Source: Octopus sinensis (lineage: Eukaryota). From it: a stretch of 64,000 bases of DNA. Under the pieces are notes generated by a model. It worked only from the letters and a program-made list of their open reading frames with translations, was not told the origin of the DNA and searched no databases. Positions 39,030 through 53,339 of the stretch are shown here, in pieces (positions within the stretch are counted from its first letter, which is position 1; each line of letters opens with the position of its first letter). The stretch is from positions 96,596,001-96,660,000 of the forward strand of contig NC_042997.1 in assembly GCF_006345805.1 (NCBI RefSeq), written 5' to 3'. The position numbers and the translations under genes were made by a program.

Positions 39030-41334
39030 GTTGGCAGCTTGGGAAGATGCGTTTTGAGCGCTCCGTAATTTGGGATTTTTGTTGTGACTTTTTGAACGAT
39101 TTTGACTGTTTTGTTTGATTGTTTTTGTTTTCTGGACACCTTTTGGTGTGCAGAAGGGTTGTTTTTTTGTCAAGATCTCCCCAATTTAGGGAAGAATTTT
39201 GGACATTTTGTTCTTTAAAAAATAAGTTTTCGACGAAAAACAAGATGACTTCCTCTCTCGAGCGGAGTGACAGTGGCTGTTCAGCAAAGATTTCCCCTCC
39301 TCTGAACATCACAAATAAGAGCACCAACACGACTAACAGCACCAGAACCACCATTAACATGGAAAAAGAAGAGAAAAGTCAGGAAAACCCAACCAACACA
39401 GCATGAACACAGACAACACAAACGAAAAAGAAATGTCAAGCAAGAACAACTACGACAAATCAAGCAAAAACGGTTTCGTCTCGGCAGCGAAAGAAACCAG
39501 GCAGTTAATTCAATTAACTACAGATGATTTTTTAAAAAATGTAAAGGGATTGTTAAGGAAGGAAGAGGACAATATCTTCATATTAAAGAAAAAAGAGTGG
39601 AACAGTCGATTCCGTAGCATTTGGAAACGGCGTTAAAACCAGTATGGACGATGAAAACATATGTAACAAGAGGTAAACGATTCAGCACTGTGGAAGTGCG
39701 CTTCGCAACGGAAGAAAAAGCAAGACAACATTCCACAATGCCACTAAAGACTGAGGAATTCCTGCTCGTGCCGATATATCTTGGTCGGCATGTCACTAAA
39801 TTTAAAATTGGGGAGGTACCCTCCGAAATAAATATATGCTGGCTGTTAGCGACTGTCCTCTTTGATATAGAGGATAATGTCACAATAACGGAGGTGCATA
39901 AATTGCACCAACAAAATTAGACGGGTCAGGGGTTAGAGTTCCTCGTTCAAATTGAACAAAAGGCCCTAAACGAAATACCTGATTTTATAAAATTACAAGA
40001 TAGTACCAGACTACACGTAGCCGTGGAGGACAGGAGGACAAGGTGCTACTTTTGTGGAAGCGATCAGCCCCTCAAGGTCGACTGCCCGAAATACATGGAA
40101 GTGCGTCGGAAGCTACAAGTGACAGCAGAAACTGAGGCACTTCCAGTGCAGCAGCAGGAACAACAGAAGCAGCAGAAACCAACCCAAACACCACCAGCAA
40201 CAGCAACAGCGCCGCCGCCTCCAGCCGTCGCCAGAGCACCACCAACATCAACAACAAAGACACCAGCTGGAGTACTGATGCGCAGACATGAGCTGACGTT
40301 GCGGTATCTCCAGCATTTCCTTGACGGTGATCAGGTAGGGTCACCATTTGTCAGGCACACTTTTCCACAGCTCGTCTCTTTGACTGAGCTGCAATCCTGG
40401 ATTAGGCGTAGACCAAGCAGGGGCGCTTGGTACCTCGAGTGCCGTCAAGCGCTCACAGCCCTCCGCCAAGCGAGCAATGCGGTTGGTGATAGTTCCACTC
40501 TAGCCTTCGAAAGAGGGCTAGTGGAGGGAAAGTGTGATGACGTCCTCAGGAAAAATCTGGATGTTAAGGAAGATCAACTAACCGGTCTGTTTCGGAGAAT
40601 TTTCGGCCCTCAGCTTATGGATAACTTCCAGAAATCCCTCACCTGGTAGTGCTACCGAGGGCGCTGCCTGTTCGAGATAAACTTTACAGACACGGAAGTG
40701 CCGTCAGCCGGGCCTGCCCGAGGTGCGCCCAGAATGATGAAACCGTTTTTCACGCCCTAGTCCAGTGCCCGAGATTTGCTGCCTTGTGGCCTTATGTCGA
40801 ACACATGCTGTCGCGTGTAGGACGGATCAGGCTATCAGCTGAATGTATTGTGAAGATTGCCCCCACCGCCCTCTTTTGGCCGGGAGGGGCAGGCAATTTG
40901 ATTTGTCTAGTGGCTATAGCAAAAGAGCTAGTACGGCGTACCCATTTGAAAGGGCTAAAGACAGACACTTTCCTCTTTGGCCAAGCCCAAGGAATTTGAG
41001 GTTAAAGAGGGAAGTGTTGCCTTATAGCAAGTTTGTTAAAAGGTGGGTGAATGTAAGAATGGTCAGTGTGAATGGAACAATTCTGAGCATACAACTGTGA
41101 AAAGTTAAAGGAGAAATCCTCTTGCCCTATTGATCAGGCAACCATGTTTTTTCTGGATTTTTCCATGAGGATCTTAAAGCGCCTTCTCCTATTGGAAATT
41201 TTAATTTATTTAATATTTTATTGTTATTTATATTGTTTACACGTGGAAAACCCATTCTATCGTCTCGTTTTTGTCTTTTATGTTGTTGCATGTCTTTTTT
41301 TGTATTTGAGCCCTTGTGGCTAATAAAAGAATGA

Positions 41335-41335
<1 letters not shown>
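39030..41335 (+). mobile_element. L1/Tx1-type LINE, internally deleted (ORF1 joined to ORF2 C-terminus)
   Basis: ORF1 pieces ending in knuckle CYFCGSDQPLKVDC; ORF2 tail ALPVRDKL..CPRC..ETVFHALVQC; no EN or RT motifs between; (ATT)n tail. Confidence 0.8.
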
Positions 41336-41371
<36 letters not shown>

Positions 41372-41406
41372 TATTATTATTATTATTACTACTACTACTA
41401 CTACTA

Positions 41407-42799
41407 CTAGCAAACACCCCCACCATCCATTGGGCAGTTTGTATAGGTGAAGAGGGTTAATTTGGACGGTGTTAAGTCGTGGAGATGTTTGGTGATTGTA
41501 TGGGGTTATTACGTTTCGTTAGGGCATTATAGATTCCTAAGACGTTAAAACTGTTGACAGTTTCTTCTAAATAAGGAAAATTAACTGACAGTGAACCTTT
41601 TCAACATTCTTATGAGGCCAATAAAATGAAAGAAAGCTGTTCAGCCCACAATATATACAACTTCCAGCGGAATTGGACACCATAATTAAACTTAAACTTT
41701 TTGCACTCAAACACTTTCACATTAGTTCAAACCTCATATTGACACCTATACGTCAGACCGAACGCTGTTTATCTCCAACGTGAATATTGCAAGTGATATT
41801 TAAGCAATAAACAGTTCATTGGCTTTTGAATTTGACGACTGTTGCTTTATGTATTTTATTTCGATTTTCACTTGCGTAGTGTAAGAACTACAGGATAAGT
41901 AACATTAGTTTCGAATAAATATATAAATGGAAGTTTTAATCACCCGATGGACAGGCAAACAGAAACTGCTACTCAATAAAGGCGCAAAAATGCTTAAAGA
42001 AGTCTCTCTTCTCTCAAAAAGTGACACAAAAAGAGTTGAAATTCGGGGGTGAAATAATACAATGTGCAATAAAATAACATAAGGCATGTACTTTTTATCA
42101 CAAAAATTGAACAATACCGCTTATTTTTAAAGTTGGATGAAAAACGCTAGGCAAGGTTATAGATGTAACCCCCCAAATTATTCACGCTTTTTAAGCTATC
42201 AATTAGTCCTTTCTACTTTCAATTAAATTTTGTTGAGAATATCTTCAGGAAATTGAGTAATCATCAGTTATTTATTTGCTTTATTTTGACGTTTTTGCTC
42301 ACTTAAAGTAACTGCCTTTTCCTAGTAGTTTTTCATGTCAGCTGATTTATTGCCCGAAAAGCAGCCGTAAGAACACATTTGACTGCGAATTCACGTGGTT
42401 TATTACAGTTAATTAAAGTTAGAGTTATATCGATTTTTTTAGCCGCTTACAAAAGTGTGAAAGCGCAGAAACGAATACACTTGTTCGTAGGCTAATATAA
42501 ATCAAAATTTACAAATAGCAAGCTTTATTTACATATATCTATCATTTAAATGTGAAAGCGTAGAAATGAATTGCTTAGAACGTCGGTTAATGAACAGGAT
42601 GGCGGAAGAAACAGGGAAAAGGGGTACAAAAATAGCGATTCTCACTTTGAAACAGACAATTTTGGAAATCTTTTTATGTTACGGAACGCCCCACTCACTC
42701 ATGTATCCACGTTTAAAATTTCAGCGCAATAGGATGAACAATACTCGAGTTATAAGCGCCCCAAAAACTGACAGACAGAATGGGATTTATATATTAAGA
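41407..42799 (-). mobile_element. Non-autonomous Helitron-like element
   Basis: Minus strand starts A|TCttaatatataa, has ctgtctgtc near the 5' end, and ends with a weak hairpin plus CTAG|T. Confidence 0.6.
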
Positions 42800-42811
42800 T
42801 TATTATTATTA

Positions 42812-43208
42812 AAAGCGGCGAGCTTTCAGAATCGTTAGCACGCTGAACGAAATGCTTAGCGGTATTTCGCCTGTCGCCACGTTCTGAGTTCAAATTCCAC
42901 TGAGGTCGACTTTGCCTTTCATCCTTTCGGGGTCGATTAAATAAGTACCAGTAACGCCCTGGGGTCGATATAATCAACTTAATCCGTTAGTCTGTACTTG
43001 TTTGTCCTCTCTGTGTTTAGCCCCTTGTGGGTAGTAAAGAAATAGGTATTTCGCCTGTCGCAACGTTGTGAGTTCAAATTCCGCCGAGGTCGATTTGCCT
43101 TTCATCCTTTCGGGGTCGATAAATTAAGTACCAGTAAAACATTGGAGTTGATGTAATCGATTTTCTCCCTTCCATTAAATTTCAGATCTTGTGCCTATAG
43201 TAGAAAGG

Positions 43209-43210
<2 letters not shown>
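42812..43210 (+). mobile_element. Dimeric family A SINE
   Basis: Same architecture and internal junction (aaataggtatttcg) as 13036-13424; long (ATT)n tail. Confidence 0.9.
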
Positions 43211-43277
<67 letters not shown>

Positions 43278-43291
43278 TTTTTTTTTTTTTA

Positions 43292-43323
<32 letters not shown>

Positions 43324-43367
43324 TTTTTTTTTTTTTTATTTTTATTATTATTATATTATTATTATTA

Positions 43368-43406
<39 letters not shown>

Positions 43407-43475
43407 GTTTTTATTTTTATTATTATTATTATTATTATATTATATTATTATTATATTATTATATTATTATTATCA
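43210..43475. repeat. (ATT)n microsatellite
   Basis: Seen directly. Confidence 0.95.
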
Positions 43476-43481
43476 TTGGTA

Positions 43482-43595
43482 TAGGCGGCGAGCTGGCGAA
43501 ATCATTAGCACGCCGGGCGAAATGCTTAGCGGTATTTCGTCTGTCGAGATCGACTTTACCTTTCATTCTTTCGGGGTCGTCAATAATTTAAGTAT
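43482..43595 (+). mobile_element. Family A SINE, internally deleted
   Basis: aggcggcgagctggcgaaatcattagcacgccgggcgaaatgcttagcggtatttcg..ctttcggggtcg. Confidence 0.85.
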
Positions 43596-43624
43596 CACAA
43601 CAATACCAACAGGAGCAAATCTAT

Positions 43625-43665
<41 letters not shown>

Positions 43666-44383
43666 TCGAATCTAATTACGACGTGCCCGTAGTCAACATG
43701 TTATGCAAAACAACTTAACAGGTTGATGGAATACTGACGGGAGCGGCTAACCAGGGAATGACCGCCACCCCAAACATATGGAGTCTAGGTGTGTGGTCGC
43801 ACAGTTTACTGGAGCTAGTAGAAAAATGTCCTCTCACAATGGTTAATGTATATTTGTCCCACTGTAGCTGCAAAAAGGATGGGATGGTTGCATTTTGGAT
43901 GCTGTTGATCAACAGTGACCTGTGGTTAAACAACAACAACGTCAAAAGTAACAGCAACACAGCAGTCTAACAAAGAATTTAGTAAAATAACTTATTTATC
44001 ATTAAGCTGGTGTTAGGAACATAAATTGTGACTAAGTTTGCTGGAAGATTTGTACTACAGACCCAGAGACGGTTTCAGCCAGGTTGCTATCCCCTCCCCG
44101 AAATGGCTGTTCTTGTAGCAAAATTTAAAACCATTATCATTATTATTATTAATGTTGTTGTTGCCTTTGCACAGGTGGAGCACCGTCGTGAGGAGTTTTA
44201 GTCGACAAAATCGAGTCCAAGACTTACGTTTTAAAGCATGATACTTATTCTATCGGTCCCTTTGCCGAACTGCTACGTTACGGGGACGTAAGCACACCAA
44301 CAGCAGTTTCAAGTGGTGATGGATGGGCAAACATAGGCACAAGCACACACACAAACACATCCACACACACACACAAACTCACA

Positions 44384-44426
<43 letters not shown>

Positions 44427-44432
44427 ATACAT

Positions 44433-44587
44433 ACACCGGCTTCTTGAAGTCTCCGTCTACCAAATCCACTCGCAAGGCTTTTGTCGACCCGAGGCTATAT
44501 TAGAACGCACTTCCCCAAAGTGCTACAGTGTGACTGAACCCAGAAATAAGTGCATGAGAATCACGCCTCTTACCACACAGCTACGCC

Positions 44588-44590
<3 letters not shown>
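44433..44590 (-). mobile_element. tRNA-derived SINE family B; partial second copy at 44683-44757
   Basis: Reverse complement aggcgtagctgtgtggtaag (A-box-like), gggttcagtc (B-box-like), gtggatttggtagacgg; TA tails. Confidence 0.8.
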
Positions 44591-44679
<89 letters not shown>

Positions 44680-45721
44680 CATACACCGGCTTCTTGAAGT
44701 TTCCGTCTACCAAATCCACTCGCAAGGCTTTGGTCGGCCCGAGTCTATATTAGAACGAAAGATGTATGGCAAAACGATGTCACAAATGCAACATCATATG
44801 ATAAGATTTTCCTTACATGATACTCTGCAGCTGAAATTGCCTGAGGGTGTTGAATAACCATTGATGTTGCGAAGCTATCTAAACGTCTATCTCTCTACAA
44901 ATGTTAGTTCAAGACACATTAAAATCTCATCTTGTTAGGCATATCTTTCATTCGTGAGCTTTCAATCGAATAAGTCCTAATACTCAACTCACTCACATTC
45001 ATGCAAGTTCGCATGTCTGTGACAGTTTAGTTGTGAATATTTCCTTATGTCAGAAGTGTTGAGTATGCAAATACAGAAGACTACTCCATTTACTGAACAC
45101 AAATTCGGATCAGATTGCTTTTCAACCTTCTAAAAATATACTTTCTCCTTTCATTTGAATTAATCGTTTCTTTTACAAATCCCGACGAGGTCAACTAAAA
45201 ATAGTATTTTGGTTTCAAAGAAAATGTTTCTTCCGGAAAATTCTCTTGGAAAGAATATTCTGCCATAAATTCCGTGTCGCAAATTGATTGATTAGAAAAA
45301 CAAACATGTCTTTTACACAGTTTATTTTGATTTCATTATCGGAATAAAGACAACAAAGCTATAATGTACATTGCATTTATTGCCATTCGTGACAAAAACT
45401 AGCTAAAGTGCATCCAAAAACCTTTGAAGTTTTCCGAAACAATAATTACATCATGTCCTTCAGAAATTCAAGCTCCAGAAGTAATAGAAATTTGAGAAAT
45501 AGTATAGAAAGTTTGTTTTGATAAAAGATATTTACTTAAAATAGAAAATTTGTCCCTGGATTCTTTAAATTGGAATATAAAATCATTTGTTCAGAAGTCA
45601 GTTTTCACACACACACACATACACTTACACACGCACATACACACTAACATACACGGATGCACAGATACATACGTAGTAGATATACACGAGTGCATATTTT
45701 TCTGAAGAATTCTTAAATGGT

Positions 45722-45952
<231 letters not shown>

Positions 45953-46375
45953 TATTAATTGTAATGATTCAGTAGAATCTATGCACATTGACACGTAGAA
46001 CGCTAGAAATGACTAGGTGCGATAACATAGACATGACACTGACGTAGACAATAATGAAGGTATCAAGTGTTGGTCGGATACTTCAGATATGGGAGTATCA
46101 AATCCAATTTAAACCGCAGATCTGGCCCCAGGGAATGGTTCCAGGTGCGGAGTAGGTATTAAAAAATGAGGACACAAAAACATTTAAATATACGGCAGCT
46201 GTTTATTGATGTATTCATAGATTACATCATAACATATACTCCACCAACTTCATGTGGCATAAACAGCAATGTCAAAGGCAACGAGATGAAATGATTACAG
46301 TTTTTAAATTCATCTATCTAAATTACAGAACGTACAAAATTTACAGACATGCTAGTCTTGAGTTGACACCAAAGG

Positions 46376-46580
<205 letters not shown>

Positions 46581-46614
46581 TAGAAGGTTTGATGATGATG
46601 TGCAAGTATTATAT

Positions 46615-46887
46615 ATTAGAATAAGTGAGGTACTCAGAAATCCGGATGGTTTTATATTTACAGATATATATTAGTATGTTACATGTTTTTATACATTATA
46701 TATCATATATCATATATAGCGCTTTCTAGTGGAGCTTTCAGATTGAACTGTTCAATTTGAAGACTCCACTAGAGTGGACGAAAGCGCCCATATATGATAT
46801 ATGATATATGATATATAAAAACATGTAACATACTAATAAATATCTGTAAAAACCATCCGGATTTCTTAGTTCCTCATTTCTTCTAAC
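46615..46887. repeat. ~270-bp imperfect palindrome containing a hammerhead-like motif
   Basis: Arms gaaatccggatggtttt..tattagtatgttacatgtttttata / tataaaaacatgtaacatactaata..aaaaccatccggatttc; centre ttgaac-t-gttcaa at 46749. Confidence 0.93.
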
Positions 46888-46898
46888 ACATATATATA

Positions 46899-46970
<72 letters not shown>

Positions 46971-48126
46971 TTACGAACCGCTATGTTTATTGCCTACGGT
47001 TGCTTTATTCAGATACTTTAGTTTATGTTTTTATATATTCTGTGCAAGTTCATATATATGCTATTTTTGACTGCTTGGCTACCTCAGTCATTTCTATTTA
47101 TGTGGCATATGACTCCATAGAGGCCACTACAGCTATGGATAATATCATCAACTTTAACGTTGATAATGGCAAAATCAATCTTGATAACACCTACGAAATT
47201 TTAAATATAAATGATGATTATGTAGCTATTAATAATCTAGGTAATGCTATTAACTATCGCTATTGCAACGGTAGTGCTATTACATATCTCTAGATAATAT
47301 GAGGAATACAATAGGGTTTAACAATATGTATCGCTCTCTACACATAACACTGAGAAGACTAATGTCCATATATCTCCTAAATTATGTAATTTCAGATACA
47401 AACTTCTATGCCCCATCAATAATTTCTGCTTTGCTAAAAATAATACCTATAGACTTGATGCAACGATTAATCTAACCAAATTTATCTACAACATTTCAAA
47501 TTCTACCTAATTCTTATACTTTTCATATATGTAGTAATGCTAAGATTACATCACTTGCAGATAAAACTCGCAATTGAAAGGCAAAAAAAATCATATTCCA
47601 AGTTACCTGAAGAATAATAAACTATGCATTACCCTATTCAAATGATAGGTATGGGTATAAACATTACTGCGATGAGATATGGGAAATACTTAAATATTCA
47701 GGTAATATCCATCCCTAACATATGTAGTGAACCCAGGAGCACATTTTTATACATTAAGCCTATTGTCTAAAATGCTTCAAATATAACTTATCGTTAAATT
47801 CTTAGCTTCTCTTTAACCACACTTTGTAACGTAGTTCAGTATGGTCATTTCATTTAAATATCATTTAAAGCGATACATCACATTGTGCCATTGGCCTCCT
47901 GGATATGTATACTCATATTTCTTTGTAACTTCTATATTCAATAACTAGTCAGGTTCGTTCGTTTAGTCTACGCTCACCTTGTGTGCATCTTTTATTTCAT
48001 ATAACATATTTTGTGTAAGTGTATATATATGACTGTGTATATATGTGTATATAGTAGATATGTATATGTATATGTGTATGTATATATATATATATATGTA
48101 TGTATATATATATATGTATGTATATA

Positions 48127-48212
<86 letters not shown>

Positions 48213-48298
48213 TCGGAGTGTGTTGAGTTCCATTACTTAATAAATGAAAAAAGTATAAACAAGTGACGTAACGTATACTGAATATAAAAAAGAACAGA

Positions 48299-48966
48299 AG
48301 ACAAACAGAAGGTCCATAATTCTTCATCAGTTATCGACCAACTGGTAATATTCAATCAAGTAATGGAACACAACACACAGTGAATTTGCATTAACAAGTA
48401 ATTTTTTTTATATACCCGTGTGTCTCTCTCTTTCCCTTCTGCTTTCATTCTTTCTCCTATTATTTCTCTCCCTCTCTCACTTCTATTCTAGTTTTCCTAC
48501 TTGCTCCTTTTCTCTCTTTCCTTCTTGTATTCCTGGCCTTTCTCTTTCCCCTTCATCTCCTCTCCTTGCTCCTTCTCCTTGCTGCCTTTCTCCTCTGCCT
48601 GTTGTTGTCATGTGACCAGTGGCCAGTTCCCCCTTTCCTTCCTTTCTTACACTGATCGTGTAGCTGATCAGTCGCAAATTCTCTGTCTCTCCTTTCTCCG
48701 TACTTCAAGACATTCTCTAAGCGCTACCTACGATACTTGTCTCCTTGGCTCCGACTCCGTATTTTATTCGACTGTCCGTCCTCGTTCACCCCTCTAAGTC
48801 ACACCCTGTAGTTTTTGTCTTGTTTTGTTTTGCTTTGTTTGCTCTTGTCCCTATTTCTCCGCAAGAAACTTTACGCCAATTAGGAAGCACTCAACCTTAT
48901 CGTTAAAGGTGCGAAACTGACAATTGGTCGATAACTGATGAAGAATTACGGACCTACTGTTTGTCT
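48299..48966. repeat. 43-bp inverted repeat pair around a C/T-rich PLE-pLTR-like segment
   Basis: The reverse complement of 48299-48341 matches 48924-48966 at 41 of 43 positions. Confidence 0.85.
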
Positions 48967-49429
48967 CCCATTTGTTTATATATATACATATATATATATA
49001 TGTATATATATATATATGTATATATATATATGGGGGGTGCATGCGCGCGAGTATATATGAGCGCGTCTAAAAGTATTTGTGTATCTAAGCACATTGTTTT
49101 GAAGTTGGACAGATGGGACAAAAGGCGAGTGTTATGGCTTTTTCTGCCCTGGGTTTTACCTTCTTTTATCTCGTTCATCTTCTTTGTTTTGATGACTAAT
49201 AATGTCAACTCAAGGTAACAGCACGTCTGTGATTTGTGTGTGTGTGTGTGTAGTGTGTGTGTGTGTGTGTGTGTATGTGTGTGTGTGCGTGTGTATGTGT
49301 ATGTGTGTGTGTGTGTGTATGTTTGTGTGTGCGTGCGTGTGTGTGTTCTCAATACTAATAAATACTATACCCTAATTTAGATAAGTGATTCTAAATAACG
49401 TACCCGTTTGGTCTTTTTACGACTCGCAT

Positions 49430-50480
49430 GCCCGTTCAAGTCACTCCTTATTTTCCAATATATTTGCATATTATTTTTAAAGAAGCACTAATTAAACACA
49501 TTGAGTTTGTTCGAATTCACGACTACAAGTATGAGCACCGTAGTGTCATCTCGACTAGAGGCTTACTCTCCTGTATCACTAACCACTCGGCTCTTTCCTT
49601 ATGGAAATTCGGTGAATGCGATGTTGCTTTAGACATTATCAAAGCTTTTGATTGTGACACACTAATCTCTTTCGAAATGTCTTGTCAATTGGGATCTGTC
49701 TATTTCTTAATGCTTAGAACAGTAGCTTCCTATGAAACTGCATTATTGTGGTGCATGTGCCTGAAGAATTTCTCTCAACACGCTATATCAAATCTGAGTA
49801 GCGTTAAATCTGAATTATATAGCACTATCGATTTTCTGATGATTTTCCCCAACCACACATCATGTTCACAAAACCTAGATGCCACCTTCTAAATGCGCAC
49901 TGACTCCATGGCTGGATATATCGAAAGCATTTTCCAGTAACAAAAACAAAATTCAAGCATTATTCACATTAAGCAAACTCCCTTGTACCAGCTCAATGTT
50001 AGGACAAGCTACCACCGATAACTATTGGTGAAATTACAAAACCTAGCATAGCTAAGAATACATCGCAAAAACTGGCTCTTCTCTTCCTTTCAGACTAAAA
50101 AGTACTTCCACCGCCACCAGTTGCAAACATTCTACAAAGCATAACTGAAACACACACATAATGGATTAGTGCTTCAACTGGGACAGTTCTGCTACTTCAC
50201 GCATAATTATTCTAGATCACATCCATAGAAAGACGGCTCGAATGATTGACATAAAAATCATTTACTGATATCCTATAACCGTTAGCCATAGCTATATCGT
50301 CTCCTGTCTTTATCATTTCAACCGTTGCTAGAATAGCCTCAGAATCCCAAAAATTGCACGTTTCGTGCCAACTACATCCAAGCACTCACTGCTCATTGTA
50401 CTCTCCCAGTCTCATTATACAAGCTATGATCAAATACACAAACACCCGTACTAATCCCTGTTGCGGTCCTTTCTCCTTAG
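49430..50480 (+). mobile_element. Decayed CR1/L2-group LINE RT and 3' region
   Basis: STRGLL..FGECDVALDIIKAFD resembles RST.DLL..FGE..VALDISKAFD. Confidence 0.6.
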
Positions 50481-51688
50481 TACTTCGACCATATCTAACT
50501 ATTTATTTTAACGTCATTTGTATAGGTATTAATCGAAGTAATTACAGCTGAAGTATTAACGGTTTCAGTATCACCGATATGGATACTCTGCGAAGGAATG
50601 AGCACTTGCCCTCTCAACAAATATTATTACAAATAACCTCTGAAAAGCGAATTCCATTGCAGTAGAAATAGCAGAGATAAAAGCAAAAAAATGCGTCTGT
50701 AGAAGAGCGTTTGTGAGCAAATTCATACCAAGTAAGTGAAAGGACTGGTTGTTCTATATCAGAGAGCATTGCTTCATTCTATGTTTCTTGCTGGGGGCTC
50801 AGGAAAGACAGTCACTGAAATGCAGCATTTGCTATGAACAGTTTTCGAGTTCATCATCACAGACTCTCAGTGATAGTGAGCGGAAGTATTTGAAATTATC
50901 TCAGTTCTAATGGCATACTATTCAGTGGTGGGAATTAGTTGGAAAAATATTCTCGTGATATGTGTGTATGGGTGCCGCATTTTTAATGCTGAAAGAAATC
51001 AGATTGGCATACCCCAATTGTATGAAGACTTTAGGGTTTCTAATCACAGAAGAAATGCAGATTCAATTAGAAGAAATTAGATTCAATGCAGTTGAAGAAT
51101 AAAATGCTGGAGCTAAGGATGAGTGAAGTGTGGTATAAGTTGCCTGTGAATGAACATTGTTGAAAAGAGAAAAAATAGCGACAGGAAACCAAATCCTCAA
51201 ATACCCTGGAATTGATAGAGTGTGGTTGCGTCTGATGTGACAGAAAGTGACTGATGCAGGCAAAAGAAGACGACCAAAAAATATAAGGAGATTGTTTTTG
51301 TCAGTATATTGGTCTACTAAATAGGAAGGCAAGTGTGGTATTGTTAATTGCACTTGTAATGCTACTTGTGATTTTCTTGTAAGTAAATGATCTCCTCTAA
51401 GTGAAACCGAGAAGTAGGTCTTCAGTGGATCGAAAATTATGAACTCTATTCTCGTGGGCTTTAAGAAAGCAGAGCTAATTTGATGAAGGTTACTGTCAGT
51501 GGGTACGTTAATGGTTTTTCACGTATCGAAATGTGTGCGACAGATCGGAAGATTGCAGATCAAGAGGATTGTTGTGTTGTTCGTTTGAGAATAACGCTAA
51601 CAGAAGCGTGTTTCCGTTTATCACTATAGATCACTGTATATACATACGCAGATACACAACACACACACATACACATACACACACACAT

Positions 51689-51719
<31 letters not shown>

Positions 51720-52417
51720 AGCGCACGCTTTTGAATTCGCACGTACAAACAAACATAAAAACGCGTGTGTGAGTGCGTGTTTTTGGGTATGTGCTTAAAG
51801 GTTTGGCTACTCTAGAAGATAGATCTGATTCTAACTGTTTGAGACTAATACAAAGAATCATATTACAAAACATCGTAGTTGTATTTTCACGCTTTACATA
51901 GACATAGTAGTGAGACTGATGATGATTCTGGTGGATATTTAAACTGTGTGCAATATGTAAATGTTATCAGATCTCAGGAGAATACTACTCACGGAACATG
52001 ATGGTTTAGATATGGTTTGGTTCAATAGTGAAATGTTATTTATTCATTTACTTTCTTTTTCGCTTGCATTGTTGAGTGTCGTGGAGTGCAATTTATGTGT
52101 TGTGTCACCTTTGACAAAATAATAGTCTCTTTATGATTGTCATTCTTTTTCTGTATATCTTCTCCGACCCTATGATGCACTTCCTTCAGTAGGAACATTT
52201 ATTTTCTGCGCAAATTTTGTTCTCTAAAATGTTACTGAAGTAGCAACTCAGTTAAACGTGATTTTATCAAATGATATAAGAAATGTTTTCGTGATGTTTC
52301 AAATTTGCTTGTTTGCAAAAATGTATATGTTCGAAAAAACGAAATCTAAACCTGTTGGCATATAATACCAAGGAAACGACAGCTTGGATATCCCAGGTAA
52401 TATCAAAGTAGCCATAT

Positions 52418-52632
52418 AGGTAATGAGCTGTCAGGATTGTTAATAGGACGGACAAAATGGGCAGCAGCATTTCATACGTTTTTACGTTCGGTGTTCAAAT
52501 TTCGCCGAGGTCGAGTTTGCCTCGAATTTTTACGGGGTTAATTAAATAAGTACCAGTTGAACACTGGTATCGATGTAATCGACTTACCTCAACCTCGAAC
52601 TTGCTGGCCTTGAGCCCAAATTTGAAACCAAT
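52418..52632 (+). mobile_element. Family A SINE
   Basis: Decayed head, then gttcaaatttcgccgaggtcg..aaataagtaccagttgaacactgg. Confidence 0.8.
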
Positions 52633-53134
52633 GTTACTTAAAGGAATCTTGCTATTGCAGTAGCCACAACCAAAAATATAGTTCCTTTTTAGCATGTGAG
52701 TTTAGAATTATGAGAATAAATAATAGGAAAGTACCTGTGTACATCTACCCTACGATTCAAAGTTAGTTTTACAATAAATTCATAAGCGGCATCAGTGAGA
52801 GATCTTTCTGTGGCAGGTGTGCAAATCACAAATAAACTATTAGATTGCAAGTAATGAAGAATGTCTTTAATGTTCAACATTCATGACTGATTTTAGCTTA
52901 TACTAATAAAAATTATTTAATTACAGATATGAAGTAATTTCTGCAGAGGAAAGAAATTTCGAAATTTGCCTAACAAGATAGATTGCCCAAGCAGATGGAA
53001 TGTTAATAGGATATAAATTATTAACAGACTATATAGCTAAACTGGAATAAGGTGCCGGTTGTAAATGTATTTTCAGTATTTTATATTAACCGGTTTCCAG
53101 TGCAAAGGCTGTTTCCAGGCTCGAATAGCACTGT

Positions 53135-53203
<69 letters not shown>

Positions 53204-53274
53204 TTATTTATGTATGTATGCGTATATATATATATACATATATATATACAAATATACACACACAGACACACACG

Positions 53275-53331
<57 letters not shown>

Positions 53332-53339
53332 TATATGTT

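Noticed and set aside
52267-52470. Minus ORF with signal-peptide-like start MLLPILSVLLTILTAHY
   Set aside because: The hydrophobic start is the antisense reading of a decayed SINE head
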